Shown here piece by piece: positions 38,309 to 46,636 of a DNA stretch of 61,780 bases; the stretch's first letter is position 1; each line of letters begins with the position of its first letter. The stretch covers positions 1 to 61,780 of the forward strand of contig JAILBR010000043.1 of NCBI GenBank assembly GCA_024680795.1, in the 5' to 3' direction. The notes under the pieces were generated by a model, which was not told where the DNA came from, did no database searches, and saw only the letters and a list, made by a program, of their open reading frames with translations. Both the position numbers and the translations under genes were made by a program. The stretch comes from Bacilli bacterium (GTDB taxonomy: Bacteria; Bacillota_I; Bacilli_A; RFN20; CAG-826).

Positions 38309-39187
38309 ATGAACGAAGAAATAAATGTAACACAAGAATCATTAGTACGTGACTTCACGCATTTCGCTGGAATTAGTTTTAATAACTCTAGTAGAGCGTA
38401 CTATTTTGGTGTGAAAAATATCAACCTACAAAAAGGAGATAAAGTCGTCGTTGAAACCGTGCGTGGACCAGAACTTGGAACCGTTGCATATGATCTCATT
38501 GAAATCTCCAATTACAAGAACGATTTACCACTTAAGCCAGTGTTAAGAAAAGCAACCGATGTTGACATCAGATTATATGAAAACAATATCAAAGATGCCG
38601 AAATTGCGCTAGAAATATGCAAAACTGAGGTTGAAAAGCTTGGTTTAGACATGAACCTAATCTCTTGTGAATATACACTTGATAAAGCTAAAGTTATATT
38701 CTCTTATTTAGCAGATGAAAGAGTGGATTTCCGTGAATTATTAAAGGTACTTGCAAGTAAACTACATACACGTATTGAACTACGTCAAATTGGTTCAAGA
38801 GATAAGGCCAAATTAATCGGCGGAATTGGTATGTGTGGATTGCCTTTATGCTGTGCAACTTTCTTAAATGAGTTCGATGGCATTTCCATCAGCAGAGCCA
38901 AAAATCAAATGCTCGCTATTAATATTCCAAAACTATCTGGACATTGTGGAAAGCTAATGTGCTGCCTTAAATTTGAAGATGATGCTTATACTGAATTAAA
39001 GCTTCAATTCCCAGATGTTGGCACAAAAGTCTTTATCGATAAAGTCGAATACACCGTTACATCAATCAACGTCATTTCAAAAACTGTAAAAGTTGATAAT
39101 CCTGATGACAGCAAAGTATTGAGCCTTGAAGAATTTAAAAAGCAAACAGGATATAGACGCAGAGAAAAAAGACATGAAGAAAATTAA
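38309..39187 (+). CDS. ricT: PSP1-domain protein RicT/YaaT
   Basis: ERVDFRELLK, RIELRQIGSRD, GMCGLPLCC, KLSGHCGKLMCCL. Confidence 0.93.
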   Translation: MNEEINVTQESLVRDFTHFAGISFNNSSRAYYFGVKNINLQKGDKVVVETVRGPELGTVAYDLIEISNYKNDLPLKPVLRKATDVDIRLYENNIKDAEIALEICKTEVEKLGLDMNLISCEYTLDKAKVIFSYLADERVDFRELLKVLASKLHTRIELRQIGSRDKAKLIGGIGMCGLPLCCATFLNEFDGISISRAKNQMLAINIPKLSGHCGKLMCCLKFEDDAYTELKLQFPDVGTKVFIDKVEYTVTSINVISKTVKVDNPDDSKVLSLEEFKKQTGYRRREKRHEEN

Positions 39188-40013
39188 ATCATTTGATTCT
39201 TCTCACCCACTTTTATATTTGATTGCTACCCCTATTGGAAACTTAGGGGAGTTTTCATCTCGCGCCATTGATATAATCAATGAAATGGACTTTATTGCTT
39301 GTGAAGACACCAGAAACACTAAAGAGCTTTTAAGAAAGTTTGATATTAACAAGCATTTAGTGTCACTTAGAGAACATAACGAAGTTGAAATGTCAAATTA
39401 TGTTATTAAAGAAATATTAAATGGCAAGAAAGTTGCTTATGTTTCTGATGCTGGATATCCTGCTATCAGTGATCCAGGCAATATATTGGTTAAAATAGCC
39501 AATGAAAATGACATTGCCATCAGTGTCGTTTCTGGTAGTTCTGCTTTTATCAACGCTCTCGTATCATCTAATCTAGATACCGACCATTTTTACTTCCACG
39601 GATTTCTCCCTGCAAAAGAAGGAGAAGCTAAAAGAGAATTAGAAGAACTCAAAAGCAAGAAAGAAACACTTATTTTCTATGAATCACCACATCGTATTGA
39701 AGACACATTAAAAATATTTTTAAGCGTATTAGGTGATAGAGAGATTGTTTTGCATAGAGAACTAACTAAAATCAACGAAGAAAAAATCTATGGCACCATT
39801 AGTGAGCTCCTCACTTTAGATTTCAATTTAATCAAAGGTGAAATCGTTTTAGTGGTAGAAGGAAGTAAGGAAGAAAAAACGCTTTCAGACTCCGAAATCC
39901 AGACATATGTCGCCTATTTTGTATCTAAAGGCATGTCTAAAAAGGATGCAATCGAAACTGTAAGTGACATTTACAAAGTTAAGAAAAATTACATAAAAGA
40001 TTTAATCAAATAA
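39174..40013 (+). CDS. rsmI: 16S rRNA C1402 2'-O-methyltransferase
   Basis: LYLIATPIGNL, CEDTR, SDAGYPAISDPG, YESPHR, RELTK; start taken at ATG 39174. Confidence 0.95.
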   Translation: MKKIKSFDSSHPLLYLIATPIGNLGEFSSRAIDIINEMDFIACEDTRNTKELLRKFDINKHLVSLREHNEVEMSNYVIKEILNGKKVAYVSDAGYPAISDPGNILVKIANENDIAISVVSGSSAFINALVSSNLDTDHFYFHGFLPAKEGEAKRELEELKSKKETLIFYESPHRIEDTLKIFLSVLGDREIVLHRELTKINEEKIYGTISELLTLDFNLIKGEIVLVVEGSKEEKTLSDSEIQTYVAYFVSKGMSKKDAIETVSDIYKVKKNYIKDLIK

Positions 40014-40082
40014 TTAATTTTCTTGAAATTATGTTTTTGCTTCTCTATGATAGAGAAGATTTTTTATAAGGAGGAAGGAAAA

Positions 40083-41915
40083 ATGGAAGTTAGAAACATC
40101 GCAATTATTGCTCACGTTGACCATGGAAAAACTACATTAGTTGACCAATTATTAAAATCATCCTCCACATTCCGCAGCAACGAAGAGCTTAATGATAGAG
40201 CAATGGATTCCAACGATATCGAAAGAGAAAGAGGAATCACCATTTTAGCTAAAACCACTTCGATCATTTATAACGATACAAAAATTAATATTTTAGACAC
40301 TCCAGGGCACGCTGATTTTGGCGGTGAAGTCGAAAGAATTATGAACATGGTGGATGGATGTCTACTTTTAGTAGATGCCTTTGAAGGAACCATGCCACAA
40401 ACAAGATTCGTTTTAAAGAAAGCGCTAGAATCACACGTTAAACCAATTGTGGTTGTTAACAAAGTTGATAGAGCAAATATTAACATTGAAGAAACATTAG
40501 ACGAAATCTTAACTCTATTTATCGAGTTAGGTGCTCCTGATGAATTCTTAGATTTCAAAACTGTCTATGCTTCAGCACTAAAAGGTACTTCATCATTAGA
40601 TAGTGATCCAGATAGCCAAAAAGAAGGTATGGACGCAATCTTACAAACCATCATTGACGAAATCCCAGCACCAAGTTTAGATAAAGAATCACCACTTCAA
40701 ATGCAAATCGCGTTATTAGACTATAACGATTTCGTTGGAAGAATCGGTATTGGTACAATCAAACATGGCACAATCAAGGTTAACGATAACGTCACAGTGT
40801 GTAGAAACGATGGCTCCACTACTAACTTCAGAGTTTTAAAGCTATTCGGTTATCAAGGATTAAAGAGATTAGAAATTGAAGAGGCACATGCTGGTGATAT
40901 CGTTGCTGTTGCTGGTTTAGCAGACATTAACGTTGGTGAAACCATCTGTAAATATGGCCAGCCAAATCCCCTACCAAAAATTAGATTAGATGAGCCAACC
41001 TTACAAATGACATTTGGTACAAACTCATCTCCATTATCTGGCAAAGATGGAAAATTATTAACCGCTAGAAAGATTGAAGAAAGATTATTCCGTGAAACAC
41101 AAAAAGACGTCGCTTTACGTGTTGAACGTATCGTAAATACTGAATCTTGGATCGTTTCTGGGCGTGGCGAATTACACTTATCCATTCTTATTGAAAACAT
41201 GAGAAGAGAAGGCTTTGAACTAGAAGTTAGCAAGCCACAAGTTATTATCAAAGAAATCAATGGTCAAAAATGTGAACCATATGAAGATTTGACAATTGAT
41301 ATTCCTAATGAATATGTTGGAGATATAATGACCACCATCGGAGAAAGAAATGGTGAATTAATAAATATGGATGCAAAAGAAACAGTCACTATTCTCCAAT
41401 ATGTCATTCCTAGCCGTGGATTATTAGGATACATGACAAGTTTTATGACCTTAACCAAAGGTTATGGCATATTATCTCATACATATAAAGAATACCGTCC
41501 GGTTACAACTAACTCTATTGGTGAAAGGAATATTGGTGTTCTTGTATCAGTTGAAGCTGGTCAAGCTACTCCATATGCAATTGAGCATACTGAAGAAAGA
41601 GGAACAATGTTTATTGGTCCAGGAACTGAAGTATATGAAGGTATGATTGTTGGTGAACATCGTTATGATTTCGACTTAGCAGTTAATGTTACACAAAAGA
41701 AAAACTTAACCAACGTTAGAAGTAGTACAAAAGACAACACTGTGGTCTTAAAAACACCTAGAAGAATGTCTTTAGAAGCATGTTTGGATTATATTAACTC
41801 AGACGAATTAGTAGAAATCACTCCTACAACATATCGAATGAGAAAGAAAATCTTAAATACTGCTGAAAGAAAGAAATACGAAGCACATGTAAAAAGAGAG
41901 CAAGAGAATCAATAA
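40083..41915 (+). CDS. typA: Translational GTPase TypA/BipA
   Basis: RNIAIIAHVDHGKTTL, ERERGITI, DTPGHADFGGEVER, GRGELHL; start at ATG 40083 after GGAGG. Confidence 0.97.
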   Translation: MEVRNIAIIAHVDHGKTTLVDQLLKSSSTFRSNEELNDRAMDSNDIERERGITILAKTTSIIYNDTKINILDTPGHADFGGEVERIMNMVDGCLLLVDAFEGTMPQTRFVLKKALESHVKPIVVVNKVDRANINIEETLDEILTLFIELGAPDEFLDFKTVYASALKGTSSLDSDPDSQKEGMDAILQTIIDEIPAPSLDKESPLQMQIALLDYNDFVGRIGIGTIKHGTIKVNDNVTVCRNDGSTTNFRVLKLFGYQGLKRLEIEEAHAGDIVAVAGLADINVGETICKYGQPNPLPKIRLDEPTLQMTFGTNSSPLSGKDGKLLTARKIEERLFRETQKDVALRVERIVNTESWIVSGRGELHLSILIENMRREGFELEVSKPQVIIKEINGQKCEPYEDLTIDIPNEYVGDIMTTIGERNGELINMDAKETVTILQYVIPSRGLLGYMTSFMTLTKGYGILSHTYKEYRPVTTNSIGERNIGVLVSVEAGQATPYAIEHTEERGTMFIGPGTEVYEGMIVGEHRYDFDLAVNVTQKKNLTNVRSSTKDNTVVLKTPRRMSLEACLDYINSDELVEITPTTYRMRKKILNTAERKKYEAHVKREQENQ

Positions 41916-41929
41916 CCTCTTGCTTTCTT

Positions 41930-42154
41930 TTATATCTTCTTAATCACTTTATTATCTGGAATATCTTTTATAACTTTTGGGCATTCTCCACCAACTTGAA
42001 TGTCGTACATTATTTGTCCATCTTCTAATAATTTTATGCTATATATTGTTCCCTGAGTTGCATCATTTTTATGATCTTTAAACAAGACAAAATCATCAAT
42101 TTTGAAACGAGAATCAATCATATCTGGCTTCTTTTTCTTTTTTAGCCAACACAT
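41930..42154 (-). CDS. Small hypothetical protein (possible SH3/KOW-like beta barrel)
   Basis: 74 aa; start overlaps the stop of the upstream nuclease gene (TAATG); FKIDDFVLF...GTIYSI...YDIQV pattern. Confidence 0.65.
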   Translation of the reverse strand: MCWLKKKKKPDMIDSRFKIDDFVLFKDHKNDATQGTIYSIKLLEDGQIMYDIQVGGECPKVIKDIPDNKVIKKI

Positions 42155-43356
42155 TATTGTTTCCTCTTCCTTAGTAAAATTAGTGAAACCCCTAATAATG
42201 AAATGGTGGATAAAATAACACTTGTTGTAACAATGCTACCACCACACTTTGCTTGCGAGGTTGGATTTTCTGGTTCTTCTGGAGTAACTGGTGTATCTCC
42301 AATAACCACTATTTTGCATTCGGCATATTTACTCTTATCTGAAACATATGCCTTGATAGACACTTCTCCCGCCTTTATTAATCTTACATTGCCATTAGTA
42401 GATACTGTGGCAATGCTTTCATCACTAGATTCCCATATAACTGTTTTATCTAGATATTCTTCCGGAGTGATTGTAGCGGTTAATTTAATCTCATTACCGA
42501 CTCGTAATCTTAAAGAGGTATAATCTATCGTTATTTCTGGCTCTTTGAAATAGTTAGCACATATCTTTTCAGTTTCAGAATTATATTTGCCCCATATTCT
42601 GCAAGCATACTCTGGATGATCTATAAATGGGTTTCTATTTCCTTGAAGGCCTTCCACCGCTTCATTTCTCGTTATTTCTCTACTTGTAACACTATATTGA
42701 ATATTCCATTTCAAAAGAGTGGATAATTTACCCATTGTATGGTTATCTTTATTATCAAAATCTTTGTCTACAAGGGATAATTGAGGGTCAGCAACAACAC
42801 AATAAAATATAATTCGAGCGGCATCTCCACGATATGTATAATCTCCTAATGAGCCAGGATCCCATCCTGCTCCTGATGGATCGGTGAAGAAGCTATTTCC
42901 TCTACCTTCATTGTCATCCTTTAAAGCAGGTCTAATCATGTGCATATCATTTTCAATATCGTTTTGTCCTCTTTCCCCAGTATTAATAACTAGTTTAGAA
43001 AAAGGCCAAACATGTTCTCTATTCATATTTCCGCTGAAAGAAGCAGACTTTCCACTATAATAAGCGGTTACCTGTCCGTTTCTTGTTCCTGGATCGGTTG
43101 TAGAAAAATAAGACGACATATTGTCATAGTAAATAAGTCTTTGTCTCTTGGTGGCATTTAGTGATTGCAAAGAAGTCAATAATTCTGTACTTATTAGTTT
43201 ATAATCGATGTTTGCATAATAGGTTGCTGCATCATTATTCTGATAAGCTTCAACAGCTATATATTCACCGTTTTTTGATGTAGATAAAGTGGCAAGAGAA
43301 AAGAATGCAACAAATGTTGCAAAAAGACTGAATCTAAATGCCACTTTTTTATCCAT
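42154..43356 (-). CDS. Secreted/surface endonuclease I family protein with one Ig-like domain and C-terminal anchor
   Basis: Signal peptide; NREHVWP, DMH, RGDAARIIFY, RNE...QGNRNPFIDHPEY; Big_2 (VIWESSDESIATV); CGGS-TM-basic tail; start ATG 43356. Confidence 0.9.
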   Translation of the reverse strand: MDKKVAFRFSLFATFVAFFSLATLSTSKNGEYIAVEAYQNNDAATYYANIDYKLISTELLTSLQSLNATKRQRLIYYDNMSSYFSTTDPGTRNGQVTAYYSGKSASFSGNMNREHVWPFSKLVINTGERGQNDIENDMHMIRPALKDDNEGRGNSFFTDPSGAGWDPGSLGDYTYRGDAARIIFYCVVADPQLSLVDKDFDNKDNHTMGKLSTLLKWNIQYSVTSREITRNEAVEGLQGNRNPFIDHPEYACRIWGKYNSETEKICANYFKEPEITIDYTSLRLRVGNEIKLTATITPEEYLDKTVIWESSDESIATVSTNGNVRLIKAGEVSIKAYVSDKSKYAECKIVVIGDTPVTPEEPENPTSQAKCGGSIVTTSVILSTISLLGVSLILLRKRKQ

Positions 43357-46216
43357 TGACTTTTCTCTTTTTAATAACAACTAGAACAATACCTACTAGA
43401 GATAGAGCGGAAAGAATCGCGCTCGTTGCAACAATGTTGCCTCCGCAAGAACTGCCTGATGATTGATTTTGTGGCACGGCATCTAACGCTGCTTTAGCAT
43501 TGGCCAAAGCTGAATTAACACCCGAGATATCAGCGGCTGCGTCGATTGCAGAAATTCCTTTTGAAAGTTCTTGCGCTAACTTTGCTTTATTTTCATCACT
43601 ATATTTATTCAAATTTAACGATGCATAATAAGAATTTAGTTCTCTCTTTGCATTATTCTTTACACTAATAGTTGGGTCAACAATAGTTAACGTGAATTTA
43701 TCTGTTTTTCCTTCATAAGAAACAATTATTTCTTTTTCACCAGCGGTTGATAAATTAACATCACTCAAAGTATAGCCAGTTTCAATTGGTTTGGTTGAAT
43801 CATTATCATAATGTGCAACAACATTTAAACCAGCAGGATCAAATGTTTCTCCAACGTTATATGTAGTCTTTGTAGGTCCAGAAACAGTTATTTTTACTAA
43901 TGATGGTTCAATTGGCTTTTCATTAATAGTGATAGTACATGAAGTAGAGAATCCACCATCGAGTGTCACAGCAGTAATTGTTACTATTCCACCTTCTCTA
44001 GCGGTAACGACTCCATCATTTACACTAGCAACTGATGAATCACTACTTTCCCAGGTAATATTTTTATTTGTAGCGTCATTTGGTGAAACGGTTGCCGCTA
44101 ATGTATAGGTATCACCTGCATCCATTTCCAATTCTGTTTCGCTTAATGCGATACCGGTGACCTTTATTTCTTCTGCTTCTGCAGGCTTAACTGTAATGGT
44201 ATAAGAAGTTTGTACCTCAATATCACCATCTTTATATTTAACAACAATTGTTTTATCACCCGATGTAGTCATGTCTGGCTCGGTGACAAAAGTTGGTGTT
44301 ACTTGTTTTGTTTGGCTGTTTGAATAGTTGGCAACACAAACACCATCAAAACTAAATTCATCATTTAAATCATAAACAGCGGTATAAAGACTGATTGAGA
44401 TAGACTCTAATGTTCCGGTATCAGGCACAACGCTACCACCGATTTTATATATATAAAAAGGCGTATAACTTCCAACAGAAGCATAGAATCTATTATATTG
44501 ACCATTAGCAACTAAAAATCTGTTGTGACATGTTAAATAACCTTGACTGGTTACATTACAAAGTCCACCTGTATCTTGATAATAGAAAACATTAGAAGTT
44601 TCAGAACAATCAATATATTGTTGTTCCTCTGCGTCATATAAGCAGAATCCACTACTTGAATAATTCTCAACAGTGAATTTTCTCCAATCCTTTAAATCAT
44701 CTGAAATTCCAGCTGTATTGCTATATGTAGCGTGTTTCCCAGAAATGCCTGCGGCAGTTTCGCTTTGGGCCAAAACAACTTTATCGCCTTCCTTTAATTG
44801 AGATGTTGCAGTTATTGGAGTTAATTTATCATCACTGACATGGGTAACAGTAACATCAACAGTTGCTGTTTTGGTAATATCGCCTTGTTTGGCTTTCACC
44901 ACTATTTGAGTTGTTCCTTCTTTAACACCAGTTACATTTCCTTCGCCATCAACAACAGCAATAGTGGTATTTTTTGATTCAAATTCAAAAGCTGCAAAAG
45001 GATAAATAAAACTCGGAACAGTTGTGACGTTAATCTTTCTAACATCACCTTCATCAATAGTTAATGAAGAGCGGTCGACTTCAATATCAGTAATAGCAAT
45101 TGGACTAGGTTCAACAACAGTGACTGAACAGGTTGCTTTTACTGATTTATCCCTAGTAGAAGTTGCAGTTATTACGGCAGATCCCAACCCTTTTCCTTGA
45201 ATTAGGCCATCTTTACTAACTGTTACAACACTATCATTACTAGTTGACCATGTGACATCTTTGGCAGCTTCACTAGGTGTAACAGAAGCAACAGATAAGG
45301 TTGATGTTTCATATAAAGCAATGGTTAATTCTTCTTTGTTTAGTGTAATACTTTCTGGCTTATTTCCTTCATATGGATCGTTAGCGCATAACGCTTTTGT
45401 GGCTTCGTTTGTATTGCCCCAAATGCGACATACATATTCTGGGTGATCTATGAATGGGTTTCTATTTCCTTGAAGATATTCAGCGCCTTCATTTCTATTA
45501 TTTTCTCTTTCGCTAATTGGGTAGCTTAAATGCCATTTAATGAGGTCTGATAATTTACCCATTGTGTGGTTACCAGTCGAATCATCTGTTTTATCGACAA
45601 GAGAAAGCATATTGGAAGCAACCACACTATAAAATGTAATTCTTGCTGAGTCACCTCTATATGTTTCATCTCCAAATGATTCCATAGCCGGGTCCCAACC
45701 ACCGCTTGAGCTTTTCATTCCTTCTACGAAGAACGAATTTCCTCTTGAACCATTTTCGCTTTGTATAGTAGGTCTTGGCATGTGGACATCTTTTTCAACA
45801 TAGTTTCCACCTCTACTATCTGGCCAAACATGTTCCCTATTCATTCCACTAGCTTTATAAGCAACTGTGCCAGAATAGAAACCGGTTATATAATCACTAT
45901 ACGGTTGTCCGTTTGAATCATATTCAACATGTTCGGGGTCATAATCAGTATATTTTCCAGCTGTATATAAAATTGCGTCATATCCAACTTGGCTCTTTCT
46001 TTTCGTATTATTTAAAGATCTAAGAGAACTTAACAAATCATTTCCTTCAAGCGTATCATCAACACCTTGATAATATGTTGCTGCATCATGGTTTTCGTAA
46101 GTGGCAAAAGAAGGTATATAAACTTCCTCTTTATTTAACAAAGCAACGCTTGCAGAAATTGTCCCAACGCTTAGGAACGACATAAAGGCAAGCGAAACGA
46201 TTCTTTTAATATTCAT
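43349..46216 (-). CDS. Large surface endonuclease I family protein with multiple Ig-like domains and C-terminal anchor
   Basis: NREHVWP, RGDSAR, QGNRNPFIDHPEY; three Big_2 and two Big_3-like (TYNVGETFDPAGL) repeats; helical FIVAR/SCP-like segment; CGGN-TM-basic tail; start ATG 46216 after GGAG. Confidence 0.9.
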   Translation of the reverse strand: MNIKRIVSLAFMSFLSVGTISASVALLNKEEVYIPSFATYENHDAATYYQGVDDTLEGNDLLSSLRSLNNTKRKSQVGYDAILYTAGKYTDYDPEHVEYDSNGQPYSDYITGFYSGTVAYKASGMNREHVWPDSRGGNYVEKDVHMPRPTIQSENGSRGNSFFVEGMKSSSGGWDPAMESFGDETYRGDSARITFYSVVASNMLSLVDKTDDSTGNHTMGKLSDLIKWHLSYPISERENNRNEGAEYLQGNRNPFIDHPEYVCRIWGNTNEATKALCANDPYEGNKPESITLNKEELTIALYETSTLSVASVTPSEAAKDVTWSTSNDSVVTVSKDGLIQGKGLGSAVITATSTRDKSVKATCSVTVVEPSPIAITDIEVDRSSLTIDEGDVRKINVTTVPSFIYPFAAFEFESKNTTIAVVDGEGNVTGVKEGTTQIVVKAKQGDITKTATVDVTVTHVSDDKLTPITATSQLKEGDKVVLAQSETAAGISGKHATYSNTAGISDDLKDWRKFTVENYSSSGFCLYDAEEQQYIDCSETSNVFYYQDTGGLCNVTSQGYLTCHNRFLVANGQYNRFYASVGSYTPFYIYKIGGSVVPDTGTLESISISLYTAVYDLNDEFSFDGVCVANYSNSQTKQVTPTFVTEPDMTTSGDKTIVVKYKDGDIEVQTSYTITVKPAEAEEIKVTGIALSETELEMDAGDTYTLAATVSPNDATNKNITWESSDSSVASVNDGVVTAREGGIVTITAVTLDGGFSTSCTITINEKPIEPSLVKITVSGPTKTTYNVGETFDPAGLNVVAHYDNDSTKPIETGYTLSDVNLSTAGEKEIIVSYEGKTDKFTLTIVDPTISVKNNAKRELNSYYASLNLNKYSDENKAKLAQELSKGISAIDAAADISGVNSALANAKAALDAVPQNQSSGSSCGGNIVATSAILSALSLVGIVLVVIKKRKVNG

Positions 46217-46270
46217 AATCACTCCAAACAAGTTATTCTTGCCCACACATTATACATTATGTGCGCAAAC

Positions 46271-46296
46271 AAAAAAAGCGAACTAAGTCGCTTTTT
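46271..46296. terminator. Intrinsic terminator after DUF2188 gene
   Basis: AAAAAGCG...CGCTTTTT inverted repeat. Confidence 0.65.
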
Positions 46297-46312
46297 CTTA
46301 ATTTGATAAGGC

Positions 46313-46612
46313 TTATTTCTTTTGGATTTTGCCTTTGTTCTTTCCTTTTGAAGCGTGAGAAAGATAGGCTACACCTTGGTTTTCTGCCATTTGCTTTGTG
46401 TATGCTTCGGCTTCGGCTTTAGTGTCAAATAATTTGATTACTTTGTCACTTCCAGCTCTGAAAACTTGCCATTTGCCATCACTAGCTCTTTTGGAAATGT
46501 GATAAGAAGCTGTATTCTTTTTTGGTGCTTCTTTTTCACCAGGTTTTTTTGCTTTTGCAGTTGGTTTCTTTGTTTCAACTTTCTTTGCAACAGGTTTTTT
46601 TGCAGCTGCCAT
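46313..46612 (-). CDS. DUF2188-domain protein with Lys/Ala/Pro-rich histone-like N-tail
   Basis: YHISKR..GKWQV...FDTKAEA...H...GKIQ; N-terminal AKKP repeats. Confidence 0.8.
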   Translation of the reverse strand: MAAAKKPVAKKVETKKPTAKAKKPGEKEAPKKNTASYHISKRASDGKWQVFRAGSDKVIKLFDTKAEAEAYTKQMAENQGVAYLSHASKGKNKGKIQKK

Positions 46613-46636
46613 AATTAAAATCTCCTATAAATAACT

